Assembly: GCA_963706575.1 (NCBI GenBank)
Contig: CAVPNL010000003.1
Coordinates: 224,001-288,000, forward strand
Origin: an uncultured delta proteobacterium
Lineage (GTDB): Bacteria > Desulfobacterota > Desulfobacteria > Desulfobacterales > JAHEIW01
Direction: 5' to 3'
Length of the DNA: 64,000 nt
This document shows positions 17,702 to 28,395 of this stretch, piece by piece. Each line of letters begins with the position of its first letter. The first letter of the stretch is position 1. The notes below the pieces were generated by a model. It did not search any database, was not told where the DNA came from, and was given only the letters and a program-made list of their open reading frames with translations. A program made the position numbers and the translations under genes.

Positions 17702-19787
17702 GGTTAAGCTCCAGCATGTCTAAAGATTGGATTTCAACTTTACTTAGAATTTCATCATATGACAGCACAACGATATGGGGCATAAACCGATCGATCAGCC
17801 GTTTAACGTGATACCGGATCTGGGCGGAACACATCACCACCGGCTGGTAATTCAAGGAAGACATTTTTTCAAAACTGGCGGCCAGATTGTTCATCATCTG
17901 TTGCGCAACGGACGGATCCAGCGACAAAAAGCTTCCATGATCGGTTTGCTGCAAAGCGCCGGATATCGTGGATTCCAGGTTGTGTCCCAGCGTAATGGCG
18001 GCAATATGACCTTCAGGGGTCAGGTGCATTTTGGTGATGGTTCGCGCCAGGGCATGGCGCACATGTTCAGCTAAAATATCCAGATCCTTGGTGGCCGGCG
18101 ACCAGTCCGCCAGGGTTTCCAGTATCGTCAGCAGATCGCGAATGGGAACCTGCTCCCGCAGAAGGTTTTGCAAAACCTGAACGACACCGCCTAATGGTAA
18201 TAGATTGGGGACCAGCTCTTCGACGACTTTCGGATGGGTTTCTTTTACAGTGTCCAATAATTGCTGTACATCCTGTCTGCCAAGCAACTCGTGGCTGTGC
18301 CGTTTTATGATTTCAGAAAGGTGTGTCGTCAACACCGTTGCCAGATCCACCACGGTAAACCCCTTGGCCAGCGCGCTTTCTTTGACTTCTTCCTTTATCC
18401 ACAGGGCCGGTAGTCCGTAGGTGGGTTCCCGGGTGGTAATACCGTCTATTTTTTCATCGGTGGCGTTCGGGTTCATGGCCAGATAATAGTTGGCCATCAA
18501 CTCCCCTTTGGCGATTTCATTGCCCTTGAGCAAAATAGTGTACGCACCGGGTTTTAACTGCATATTGTCCTGAATATGGACTGGTGCGACAATGATCCCC
18601 AGTTCGCTCGCAATTTGCCGGCGCAACGATTTTATTCGATCCAGCAACTGTCCGCCCTGCTCGATGTCAACCAGGGGAATGAGCCCGTAACCCACTTCAA
18701 TCGCCAGCGTATCCAGTGGCGGCAGGACATCAAACTGGCCTGTGGTTATGGCTTTTTCTTCCAGCACTTTCGACTCTTCTTCGATCCTGGCGGATTCCTT
18801 TTGAGACCGAAAAATAACGTATGCCAGCCCGCCTGTTACCGCGGATAAAATCATAAAGGGAATGGTCGGCAGTCCGGGCACCAGACCAAAGCCGAAAAGA
18901 ACCCCTGAAGCAACTGCAATGGCTTTGGGTTGTAAGAGTATTTGAGAGGCAATTTCGTCTCCAAGGCTTGAATCCGCTCCAGCGCGTGTAACAATTACAC
19001 CGGCAGCGGTCGATACGATCAGGGCCGGCACCTGGCTTACCAGGCCATCACCAACGGTCAGCAAGGTGTAATTCTGAGCCGCATTGGCAAAACTCATGTC
19101 TTTTTGAAAAACACCGATGGCAAGCCCGCCGATAATGTTAATCAGGGTAATGACAATTCCGGCAATCGCATCGCCCCTTACGAATTTGTTGGCACCGTCC
19201 ATCGCGCCGTAATACTCGGCTTCCTTGGCAATTAATTCCCGTCGTTCGCGGGCTTCCTGTTCAGTGATCAAACCGGCATTCAGATCAGCGTCAATGCTCA
19301 TCTGCTTGCCGGGCATGGCGTCCAGTGTAAAGCGGGCTGCCACTTCGGCAATTCGACCGGCACCTTTGGTAATTACCAGAAAATTAATGGTCACCAGAAT
19401 TAAAAAAACGATGATCCCCACCAGATAATTGCCGCCGACCACAAAACCGCCGAAAGCCTTGATGACTTTACCGGCGGCCAGAGTGCCTTCGTTGCCGTGC
19501 AGCAAAATAATGCGGGTGGAGGCGACGTTGAGTGCTAACCGAAACAAGGTGATCAGCAGCAGAATTGAAGGAAATGCCGACATCTCCAACGGGTGCTGGA
19601 CATACATGCTGGCTAAAATAATGATCAGCGAAAAGGTAATGCTGAAAGACAACAGTAAGTCCAGCAGCAGAGTTGGCAGTGGCATCACCATAAATGCCAT
19701 AATGCAGATCACTGCCACAGCCATTAAAACGTCACTGTTTTTGGCAACAAATGGAATTTGTCCGGTAAGTTGGTTCTGATTTGCCAA
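17691..19787 (-). CDS. flhA: export apparatus protein
   Basis: RFTLDAMPGKQMSIDADLNAG; YGAMDGANKFVRGDAIAG. TTG start. Confidence 0.97.
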   Translation of the reverse strand: MANQNQLTGQIPFVAKNSDVLMAVAVICIMAFMVMPLPTLLLDLLLSFSITFSLIIILASMYVQHPLEMSAFPSILLLITLFRLALNVASTRIILLHGNEGTLAAGKVIKAFGGFVVGGNYLVGIIVFLILVTINFLVITKGAGRIAEVAARFTLDAMPGKQMSIDADLNAGLITEQEARERRELIAKEAEYYGAMDGANKFVRGDAIAGIVITLINIIGGLAIGVFQKDMSFANAAQNYTLLTVGDGLVSQVPALIVSTAAGVIVTRAGADSSLGDEIASQILLQPKAIAVASGVLFGFGLVPGLPTIPFMILSAVTGGLAYVIFRSQKESARIEEESKVLEEKAITTGQFDVLPPLDTLAIEVGYGLIPLVDIEQGGQLLDRIKSLRRQIASELGIIVAPVHIQDNMQLKPGAYTILLKGNEIAKGELMANYYLAMNPNATDEKIDGITTREPTYGLPALWIKEEVKESALAKGFTVVDLATVLTTHLSEIIKRHSHELLGRQDVQQLLDTVKETHPKVVEELVPNLLPLGGVVQVLQNLLREQVPIRDLLTILETLADWSPATKDLDILAEHVRHALARTITKMHLTPEGHIAAITLGHNLESTISGALQQTDHGSFLSLDPSVAQQMMNNLAASFEKMSSLNYQPVVMCSAQIRYHVKRLIDRFMPHIVVLSYDEILSKVEIQSLDMLELNHAD

Positions 19788-19800
19788 TTTTATTTCCTTG

Positions 19801-20877
19801 CTAAGCAGTCTGATACATACCCTTGAGGCGGTATACGTATGCCAGCACTTCTGCTACCGTTCGATAGAGCTCTACCGGTATAGATTCCCCGATTTCCACC
19901 ATTTTATGTAAGGCCTGGGCCAGCGGTTTATCTTCGACAATCGGCACCTGGTGATTTCTGGCTATCTCCTTAATTCTTTCTGCAAGGTGTCCGGCACCTT
20001 TGGCGACCACCACCGGTGCCACCATCTTGGCCGCATCAAACTGCAGCGCCACCGCCAGATGAATGGGGTTGGTAATGATCACATCGGCCTCTGGAACCGC
20101 CTCCATCATTCGACGGGCTGCCATTTCCATCTGAACCTTGCGAATCCGGCTCTTCACCCTGGGATCACCTTCTTGTTGTCTACGCTCGTCTTTGACCTGC
20201 TGCTTGGTCATCTTGAGGTCCTGCTCGTACTGCCAGCGCTGGTAAATATAGTCGAGGACCGCCAGAATGATGAGTGCCAGGCAAACAAAAAAGAAAACCT
20301 TAAAGGCCAATTTGCCGATAAAAATTAGAATATCGCCAACTTCCTGCTGCATCAGGCCGGGAAATTTTGCAGTCTCCGTTGTGATGACGCCATAAGCGAT
20401 AGCGCCAACAACCATTACTTTAAAAATGGATTTAACCAGCTCCACCAGCGCTTTTATGGAGACAAGCTTTTTCATGCCCGAAATCGGGTTGAGCTTTTTC
20501 AATTTGGGCCGCAGGGGCTCTCCATGAAACTCCAGTCCGATCTGACCGATATTCCCCACCATACCGGCAATCAATACAGGCACGAAAAAAGAAATTAAAA
20601 TTAAGAAGGTCTTTTTAAAAATTTCTGCTGAAAAGGCACTGACATCGGAAATAGCCTCGAGCCGCAAGGTGTCAAGCCGTTCGAAAACACCGCTGATCAC
20701 TTCGGCGATGTTCCAGAACATCCATGACCCGGCGAAATAAAAGACGCCCATGGCAGTCATTAAAATTAAAACAGAGGGGATTTCCCTGCTCTGAGCGACC
20801 TGCCCTTTGCGCCTGGCTTCCTCTCTACGTTTCGCAGTTGCTTTTTCTGTTCTTTCCTGGCCGCCGCTTTCCGGCAT
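19801..20877 (-). CDS. flhB: export switch protein
   Basis: ERTEKATAKR; LKMTKQQVKDE; autocleavage motif NPIH (canonical NPTH). Confidence 0.96.
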   Translation of the reverse strand: MPESGGQERTEKATAKRREEARRKGQVAQSREIPSVLILMTAMGVFYFAGSWMFWNIAEVISGVFERLDTLRLEAISDVSAFSAEIFKKTFLILISFFVPVLIAGMVGNIGQIGLEFHGEPLRPKLKKLNPISGMKKLVSIKALVELVKSIFKVMVVGAIAYGVITTETAKFPGLMQQEVGDILIFIGKLAFKVFFFVCLALIILAVLDYIYQRWQYEQDLKMTKQQVKDERRQQEGDPRVKSRIRKVQMEMAARRMMEAVPEADVIITNPIHLAVALQFDAAKMVAPVVVAKGAGHLAERIKEIARNHQVPIVEDKPLAQALHKMVEIGESIPVELYRTVAEVLAYVYRLKGMYQTA

Positions 20878-20896
20878 AGTTGACCTCGTTTAAAGG

Positions 20897-21676
20897 TTAA
20901 GATGCTGCTTTCATCAGTAGAATAATCATATTGCCAAGGTTGCTGAATATGGCTTTTAAAAAAGATGACAAATACGGCAGGCTGAAACCGATAAATAACA
21001 GACCGATAATAATTTTTAGCGGCATGGCCACCAAGAACACATTCATCTGCGGCACCGTACGGGCGATGAGCCCGAAAGCAACGCTGGTAAGCAATAAGGC
21101 GGCGATGACGGGAGCCCCGACCTTAATGGCGATCACAAACATATAACCGCCGATGTGGATCAATTGCTCAATTAGAGAGCCGCTGACCTTAAACCCAAAG
21201 GGCGGCACCAGCTGAAAGCTGTCGGCCAGCGCCATTAGAAACCAATGATGGGCATTTATGGTTAGAAAAATCAAAAACGCAAATAACTGATAAAATTGCG
21301 ACAGAAGCGGTACCTGCTGACCGGCCGAGGGATCCATCACTCGGGCAAGTGCCAGGCCCATCTGATACCCCGATATCTGCCCGGCCATTTGCAGACCGAC
21401 AAAAATCAAATTAACCGCTATGCCAATACTGATTCCCAGCATGATTTCGCCGACGGCACCAATAGCGAAGCTGCCCAGATCCCTTACAACCGGAAAAGCG
21501 GTTCGGTCCAACAGGGGGTACAAAACGATGCTGGTAGCCAATGCCAGCCCGAATTTAACTAAGACCGGTATGCTTCCGCTTTTAAATATCGGCATGCTCA
21601 TCAATATGGCACCGACCCTCACAAAAATCAGGAAAAGCACCTGTAACTGTATGAATGGAACAGAAATCGATAGCAT
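20897..21676 (-). CDS. fliR: export gate protein
   Basis: AGQISGYQMGL; RTVPQMNVFLVAMPLK. Confidence 0.95.
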   Translation of the reverse strand: MLSISVPFIQLQVLFLIFVRVGAILMSMPIFKSGSIPVLVKFGLALATSIVLYPLLDRTAFPVVRDLGSFAIGAVGEIMLGISIGIAVNLIFVGLQMAGQISGYQMGLALARVMDPSAGQQVPLLSQFYQLFAFLIFLTINAHHWFLMALADSFQLVPPFGFKVSGSLIEQLIHIGGYMFVIAIKVGAPVIAALLLTSVAFGLIARTVPQMNVFLVAMPLKIIIGLLFIGFSLPYLSSFLKAIFSNLGNMIILLMKAAS

Positions 21677-21722
21677 CTTTGAAGGCCGTCACCTTGCATT
21701 TTAATGAAACACTCGCTTTCCA

Positions 21723-21992
21723 TCAGCGAATATAAATCACAATGTTGTTTAACAAATTCGTGGTAAACGTAAGCATGGTTTGCATCATCCACGGCAAAAA
21801 GAATAATAGCGCACACGCCACCGCCAGCATTTTGGGAATAAAGGTCAGTGTCATTTCGTTGATCGAGGTGGCGGATTGGAATATGCTCACCAGCAGCCCC
21901 ACCAGCAGACCCGCCAGAAGCATGGGTGCCGCCAGCAGAATGGCTGTTTTAATGGCTTCAAAAAAGAATCCGGTTAAAAATTCGGTCGTCAT
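21723..21992 (-). CDS. fliQ: export gate protein
   Basis: VSIFQSATSINEMTLTFIPK. Confidence 0.96.
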   Translation of the reverse strand: MTTEFLTGFFFEAIKTAILLAAPMLLAGLLVGLLVSIFQSATSINEMTLTFIPKMLAVACALLFFLPWMMQTMLTFTTNLLNNIVIYIR

Positions 21993-22015
21993 GTCGTTTT
22001 GCTATGCTTTTGGAT

Positions 22016-22879
22016 TTAAATAAAACTCCTGACCAGCGAACCGATCAGCAAATTCCAGCCATCGGCCAGAACAAATAACATCAGTTTAAACGGTAGTGAT
22101 ATCATGATGGGGGGCAACATCATCATGCCCATTGACAGCAAAACACTGGCCACCACCATATCAATGATCAAAAACGGAACATACAGCAACAGGCCAATCT
22201 GAAATGCTGTTTTGACTTCACTGATAATAAATGAGGGAATCAGAACCGAAATGGGAATATCATTGACATCTTTGGGCCGCTCGATTTTCGCAATATTAAC
22301 GAACAGTGCCAGATCCTTTTCGCGGGTCTGCTTGAACATAAATCCCCGCAAGGGTTCGGCGGCTTTTTGCAGCGCCTGCTGCTGTTCAATTTTGTCTTCT
22401 AAATAGGGCTGCAGTGCCGTTTGGTTGATCTGTTGCCAAACCGGAGTCATGATAAAAAAGGTTAAAAACAGCGCCAGACCGATCAGGACCTGGTTAGGCG
22501 GCATTTGCATGGTTCCCAGTGCCCGGCGTAACAACGACAGCACAATCACAACTCGCGTAAAAGAGGTCAGCATAATCAAAATGGCCGGCGCCAGGGAAAG
22601 GATGGTCATCAACAAAAAAATCTGCAGGACGACAGCTATCTTTCCCGGTTCCTGGGTTTGGTCCATGCCGATGCTGATAAAAGGCGCTGCGCTTTGAGGC
22701 TCTGCCGCTGCACCGTCTTCGGGGGCCAATAAAACCGTGCTCAAGCCAATTGCCAGAACCACACCGACAAACAGCAACAGCTGCAGGAATCTGGCACCGC
22801 CGGAAACGTTTTGCTGCCGACAGTCCGGAATAGATTTAGCCCCGGATGGGCGATTTAATGGCCGCTCTCTGAACATCAT
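22016..22879 (-). CDS. fliP: export gate protein
   Basis: [35 protein letters not shown]. Confidence 0.96.
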   Translation of the reverse strand: MMFRERPLNRPSGAKSIPDCRQQNVSGGARFLQLLLFVGVVLAIGLSTVLLAPEDGAAAEPQSAAPFISIGMDQTQEPGKIAVVLQIFLLMTILSLAPAILIMLTSFTRVVIVLSLLRRALGTMQMPPNQVLIGLALFLTFFIMTPVWQQINQTALQPYLEDKIEQQQALQKAAEPLRGFMFKQTREKDLALFVNIAKIERPKDVNDIPISVLIPSFIISEVKTAFQIGLLLYVPFLIIDMVVASVLLSMGMMMLPPIMISLPFKLMLFVLADGWNLLIGSLVRSFI

Positions 22880-23256
22880 TGATCGTTTCTGTGCCTGATA
22901 AAACGGCTGGTGATTTTATTCAATTGATCGCTAAAAGACGGGGTAATGCGCCCCGATCCCTGGTCATGAATTTGATCCAGAATCGTTTTGTCTTCTATCT
23001 TCGTCAGTAGGCAGATCGAATCAGCGGCAATACCGACGACCAATATGGCCCCGGGAATTTGTACCAGGGAGATGTTTTTTTTAAGACCGATATACTGACT
23101 GGCCAGCACGCGGATCATTCCCCTCCCCGAATTGCCGATGTCCTTACGCATCACCCGCTTGGTAAAGTAAAAAAAGATACCCAGCCCACCCAGCACCAGT
23201 GCCAGAGCAGCCAGCATTTTAAAGGCAGTTGCCAACATATCCGGGGTGGTATTCAT
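22876..23256 (-). CDS. fliO: FliO
   Basis: N-terminal TM helix, [18 protein letters not shown]; located between fliN and fliP. Confidence 0.85.
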   Translation of the reverse strand: MNTTPDMLATAFKMLAALALVLGGLGIFFYFTKRVMRKDIGNSGRGMIRVLASQYIGLKKNISLVQIPGAILVVGIAADSICLLTKIEDKTILDQIHDQGSGRITPSFSDQLNKITSRFIRHRNDQ

Positions 23257-23654
23257 TTCAGCCTCTCGATACGTTCGATGGGGCTAATTATCTCGGTCAG
23301 ACGGATACCGTATTTTTCATTTACCACGACGACTTCGCCCCGGGCGATGAGTTTGCGGTTCGCAAGAATTTCCAACGTTTCTCCGGCCAGTTTGGAAAGT
23401 TCGAGCACCGATCCCTGGCCCAGCTTCAGCAGCTCGTTGATCAATATTTTGGTGCGACCCAGCTCCACTGAAATTTCTAAGGGAATATCCAGTAAAAACT
23501 CCATGTCACCCGTCATTTTGTCATCGGAGGCACTATTGGATTTCGACTTCTGTGGAGCATCGGATTCCGCCATGGCCGCCGATTCATCGGTGTCGGCCAT
23601 AGTCTCCTCCGGCTGAGTATCCAGTTGATATTCTTCTTTATCCATATCCGTCAT
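23253..23654 (-). CDS. fliN: C-ring protein
   Basis: LLDIPLEISVELGRT...IARGEVVVVNEKYGIRLTEI. Confidence 0.96.
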   Translation of the reverse strand: MTDMDKEEYQLDTQPEETMADTDESAAMAESDAPQKSKSNSASDDKMTGDMEFLLDIPLEISVELGRTKILINELLKLGQGSVLELSKLAGETLEILANRKLIARGEVVVVNEKYGIRLTEIISPIERIERLK

Positions 23655-23656
23655 CG

Positions 23657-24637
23657 CTATTTTTTGCCTCCATTTGAATTTATCAATTTTGCAATTTCGA
23701 CCGCACGGTTTCCCTTAATGACTCCCGGATAGCCGCGGTATTTGGGAACCTGATCAACACTGATAGAAATAAGGTCCTCCGGGCCGGCTTTTAGTTTAAT
23801 AATGTCTTCGACTTGCAGATTTATCAATTCCCGCACGGTCTGCTGCGTTCTTCCCAGTTCAGCAATTATCGTAACCTGCGCATCCTTTAATAATTCTTTC
23901 AACTGTGGACTCCAGGTGTGTCCCGTATCTTTTTCGCGCAGGTACTTCGGTGAAAATTTTTCCTTTATCGGCTCCAGCATCAGGTAAGGAATCGCCATAT
24001 GAAAATTCCCGGAAAACTCCTGACTTCTTATCGTAAAGACAATGATCACCATGATATCGCTGGGCGGCACCAATTGGACAAACGCCGGCTTGGTCTCGGT
24101 CTTTCTTAAAACGATCTTTACGGGATAAATCGTTGACCAGGAATGTTCAAATGCGGTTAAAATATCGAGCGCAAACTTTTTAATCATGCGTTGTTCTATT
24201 TGCGTAAAGTCGCGTACCTGGGTGGAGGGTTTTCCATCGCCGCCGAACATGCAATCGATTAGAGAAAAAACAAGATTGGACTCAATGCACAACAGGGCAT
24301 TGCCGATCAGAGGCTCCATTCTGATCACATTACAGCTCGTCGGGCTAGAAAATGCAGTGATGAATTCCTGATATTTAATCATTTCCGAGGAAACAAACTC
24401 AACGGCCACGGAACGCTGCAAAGCCGATGAAAGCAAATCCCGCAACAATCCGGCGAATTTGTCATAGACTTCTTCCAATGCGGAAAATTGATCCCGCAGC
24501 ATAATATTTTGCGATGCCAGATTGTAAGGCGTCGCTTCAACATCTTTCTTGCCTTCTTGATCAAGATCAACATCGCCTCTTTCCATCGCGGAAAGCAGCG
24601 CATCAATTTCTTCTTGAGTGAGTATTTGATTTGACAT
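23657..24637 (-). CDS. fliM: C-ring protein
   Basis: ILTQEEIDALL CheY-binding motif; FGGDG; FTQIEQ. Confidence 0.96.
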   Translation of the reverse strand: MSNQILTQEEIDALLSAMERGDVDLDQEGKKDVEATPYNLASQNIMLRDQFSALEEVYDKFAGLLRDLLSSALQRSVAVEFVSSEMIKYQEFITAFSSPTSCNVIRMEPLIGNALLCIESNLVFSLIDCMFGGDGKPSTQVRDFTQIEQRMIKKFALDILTAFEHSWSTIYPVKIVLRKTETKPAFVQLVPPSDIMVIIVFTIRSQEFSGNFHMAIPYLMLEPIKEKFSPKYLREKDTGHTWSPQLKELLKDAQVTIIAELGRTQQTVRELINLQVEDIIKLKAGPEDLISISVDQVPKYRGYPGVIKGNRAVEIAKLINSNGGKK

Positions 24638-24648
24638 AGGACAAAAAT

Positions 24649-25110
24649 TTATTGAACGACAAACTCGGTAAAAAAGATATTGGTAACCACATTATTACCG
24701 AACAGACTGTTGAGCTTGGCAAGAATTTCATCTCGCAAAGCAATCTTGCCTTCCATGCCGGCAATCTCATCAAATTGCTTGGAGGGCAGTATCATCAAGA
24801 TGCTGTCTCTGACCTGGGGCAGCCTTTCAGTTAGTTTTCCAGCATCCGCTGAATTAGCCAGCTCAAGATCCATGGTCACTCTCAAATAACGGCTGCGTCC
24901 CGCATCCGCGAGATTGACAATAAAAGTGTCCAGAGAATAAAGCGGCCCCAGTGCCGCGGCCTGAGCCTTCCCGGTCTCTGAGGTGCCCACCATATTGGCC
25001 TGGATGCTTAAAGCCGACAGCTTGTGCCACATCATAAAAAACCCGGCTGCCAGGCCAATCGTCAAGACCATTAAAACCGCTACAACCAGAAATATTAATT
25101 TATTTGACAT
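24649..25110 (-). CDS. fliL: basal-body associated protein
   Basis: TFIVNLAD...YL; PQVRD; FFTEFVVQ. Confidence 0.95.
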   Translation of the reverse strand: MSNKLIFLVVAVLMVLTIGLAAGFFMMWHKLSALSIQANMVGTSETGKAQAAALGPLYSLDTFIVNLADAGRSRYLRVTMDLELANSADAGKLTERLPQVRDSILMILPSKQFDEIAGMEGKIALRDEILAKLNSLFGNNVVTNIFFTEFVVQ

Positions 25111-25853
25111 TTTCCTCTTTGCCCTCCGTTAATAAAAAAATTTCAACCCGCCTGTTTTTCGCCCGATTGGGCCGGGTGTCATTCGCGGCCACCGGCCTCG
25201 ATTCACCATAGCCTACGGCCGAAAGCCTTTTGGGATCTATGTTGCTGACCTCGGCAAAGTACTTTACGACATTTACGGCGCGGGCGACGGACAGTTCCCA
25301 GTTTGACGGGAAGCGGCGTGTCTGGATGGGAACATTATCCGTATGGCCTTCCACCCGCACCGCATACGGTATTTTGTCCAGCGCATCTGCAATCTTATCC
25401 AAAAAGACGAAACCCGCCGGGTTAATCGCCGCTCTGCCAAAATTAAAAAGCACCTGATCCTCAAAAGAAAGTCGGGTTCCCTGATGGGTATGTGTGACCT
25501 GAATATCCGGATCGGCTTCCGTCAGTTGCCGAATCTGGTCAACCAATTTGCCGCCGGGCTGGCTGCTGCCTTGCTTATTTTGCTCGCCTTCAGCCTGGGT
25601 CATGATATGCGACATATCTTCAACCGGTTGGGTTTTTGTCACGCTGATGGATACTTTATTACCGGCTTCCAAAACTCCGAGCCCACTTTGCAGGGCATAC
25701 TGAAAATCCTGCCATTTTTCTAGTATCAACCGTGCTCATCGTAAACAGGAGAACAAAGAACACCATCAGCAGGGTGACAAGATCATTAAAAGTTGTCAGC
25801 CAGATGGACTTTTTACTGCCTTCGTTTTCCAGGTTGCGCCGCAGTCTTCTCAA
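25100..25853 (-). CDS. motB: stator B subunit 2 (MotS/PomB-like, Asp present), +1 frameshift near 25716
   Basis: WLTTFNDLVTLLMVFFVLL TM helix; OmpA-like VEGHTDN...NWELSVARA...NRRVEI. An extra A in an A-run splits the ORF. Confidence 0.9.
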
Positions 25854-26594
25854 AAGATTTCCTCGATGGGCGTTTTCGGTTGTTCTTTCTTAATGAAAAT
25901 AATCTCGACTCTTCGGTTTTTCTCCCGGTTTTCCGCTGTATCATTTGCAACCACCGGATGAAATTCACTGAATCCTTCCGCTGCCAGGCGCCGGGGATCA
26001 ACGTTGTGTTCTTTGATAAAATATCTGAGCACATTTACCGCCCGGGCAGTGGACAGTTCCCAGTTCGACGGATAGCGCTCGGTATGAATCGGAAGATTAT
26101 CGGTATGGCCTTCAATCCGAATCAGGTAGGCGGTTTTTGAAATAATGGCACCCACCTTTTGAAGCAGCGGAAGGGCCTCGGCCGCTATATCGGCCGAACC
26201 CAGTCCAAAGAGCATGTGTTCGGACATCCGCATGACGAGGCCTTCGCGCGTCAGCACAAGGTTAATCTCCTTCTCCAGGTTAAACTCGTAGGCAAGTTCT
26301 TCGAGTGTCTGAAATATTTTGGCCAGTTCCGATTTAGTATCGACCATGTCTGTCGAGTCTGATACAACGGCCAGGCCCGGTTCTAATTTCGTTCCACGCG
26401 GCATAATACTCACCGCTGTGACAAAGGACTTCACAAATTGCATGACTTTGGCTTCTTCCATAGTCGAAAAAGAGCTGAGCATAATAAAAAAGCAAAGCAG
26501 GATGAGGACAAACCCGGAGTAAACGATCTCCCATTTACTAGCCGGTGGAATCTTCTGATTTTTTGGCTCCGGATCTTTGCTTTTTTTTACGCAT
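25850..26594 (-). CDS. motB: stator B subunit 1 (conserved Asp replaced by Gly), +1 frameshift in the first ~20 codons
   Basis: WEIVYSGFVLILLCFFIML TM helix; IEGHTDN...NWELSTARA...NRRVEI. ATG at 26594 is out of frame by one base. Confidence 0.85.
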
Positions 26595-26727
26595 TGGCTG
26601 CCGAAAAATTAACGGTTAATTTATTTTTTCCTACCACATTCAAAGGGTTGCATGAATTGGCATCACTGACGCATTTCCGGCCCCAATCAGAGCAGGACGG
26701 CGGAAGGTTGTCCGGCCCTGAGTCCGA

Positions 26728-27508
26728 TCAGGCCTTGGCCGGTTGGGCATCGGCCGTCATGCGGGCCTTGGGCGCAATAAAGGCTTTTAGCTTTTGCTCC
26801 ACCACCCGATGATTATCGCCGGATTGAATCGAAATAACCCCTTCCAGAATCATCTGTTTGACCAGGACCTCCTGTTTGCTGCGTGTTTTTAGCTTACCGG
26901 CGACCGGCAGGAACAGCAGGTTGGCCAGCAGGGTACCATAAAAGGTCGTCAGTAAGGCCACCGCCATGGGCGCTCCGATCTGGCTGGGATCTTCCATCTG
27001 CATCAGCATTTGCACCAGGCCGATAATGGTTCCCAGCATCCCGATCGCCGGTGCAAAACCGCCCATGGTGGCAAATATCTCGGACCCCAGTCGGTGCCGC
27101 ATTTCCAGGTATTCAATTTCAATCGACATGACTTCTTCGATCGAAGAGGATTCCATACCGTCGATGGCCATCTGAATGCCCCGGGCCAGGAAACGGGTCT
27201 TTGATGTCCTTGAGCTGGGACTCAAATGAAAGGATGCCTTCCTGCCGGGCCTTTTTGGCAAAACCCGACATCAACGGAATCAATTCGCTCGGAATCTGGG
27301 AACGGTGCATAAACACGTTTTTGGCAACCTTGAACACGCCGAGCACTTCTGAAAGTGGATAGGCCAAAAGGGTTGCTCCCATGGTTCCACCCAGGACGAT
27401 CATGACGGATGGATAATTGATAAACCAGGTCCCATCACCACCCATCAAGATGGAAATGAAGACCAGACCAAATGAAACCAAAATACCGATTAAGGTAGTG
27501 ATATCCAC
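26728..27508 (-). CDS. motA: stator A subunit (PomA/MotP-like), +1 frameshift near 27192
   Basis: MDITTLIG; ARQEGILSFE; APAIGMLGTIIGL; MAVALLTTFYG. Confidence 0.92.
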
Positions 27509-27694
27509 TGGTTGACTCCTGTACGACTTTGACGGATAAACAAAAAAATCATCATTATGTCAGTCCCGCATCCGGCGAAAACAGGCGCGGGATCCCTATG
27601 GTTGAAAACCCGAAAGGATCCCGTCATCTCCGGATGCGGATCGCAAAACCACCTACCGGAAATCGGCAGAATCCTTATTATTTTCAATATTTTT

Positions 27695-27710
27695 AGCAAG
27701 TATTGTGCCA
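27695..27710 (-). promoter_or_regulatory. sigma54 promoter for the motA-fli-flh operon
   Basis: TGGCACAATACTTGCT. Confidence 0.85.
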
Positions 27711-28056
27711 CACGCCGGAATAGAAATCCTGAATTTATAAAATGGGCGAGCAGGAAAGATAATTAACTGAAGTTTTTGAAAAAACCGACTGTCTCAAGGG
27801 TCTTGCACGGGGGAATAATGGTTTCGGGCATGGCCCGCATTATGATTTAAATGCCAGGGTCGGGGGTCAACCGGTTTTTAACGTCAAAATTCAGCAGAAT
27901 TTGTCAACAGTTTGACGATAAATGATGAAAAATTCCGGTCAGGTGCGATTCGGCGAAAAAGCGGCAGTTTGCTGAAGGTGGACTATTCGGCCGTCGGTTG
28001 GCCGCCTGCCGAAAAATCACCGATCGGCTACCGCCTGGCAACAAACCGACAGGCCT

Positions 28057-28278
28057 TTACGCAAAATCCGCCGGCTGGCAATCTTCACGGACGGAATTTG
28101 AATAAATCGTGCGCTGATAGTCGACAATTCTCTGAGAGACCTCTTCAAGGGGCTCTTTCACCATAATTTTATCATTATTGGTGAAGGTGATCACCGTCTC
28201 GGGAATGGCCTGCAAGGACTGGATCATATCCACGTTGATCATCAGGGTTGAGTCATTTAGGCGGGTAACTTTTATCAT
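28057..28278 (-). CDS. flbD: FlbD/SwrD-family flagellar protein
   Basis: MIKVTRLN...INVDMIQ...PETVIT...VKE; located between flgE and motA. Confidence 0.85.
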   Translation of the reverse strand: MIKVTRLNDSTLMINVDMIQSLQAIPETVITFTNNDKIMVKEPLEEVSQRIVDYQRTIYSNSVREDCQPADFA

Positions 28279-28395
28279 TTTGGCACCACTTCATCGTGTT
28301 AAGGTTATCTAATTTAGGGAATATTTAAAGGGCGGGGTGTTTAGCAGATGACGCCGAGCCCAACACCCCCCCATTTTTAGAAAGTCAGATCAAGT

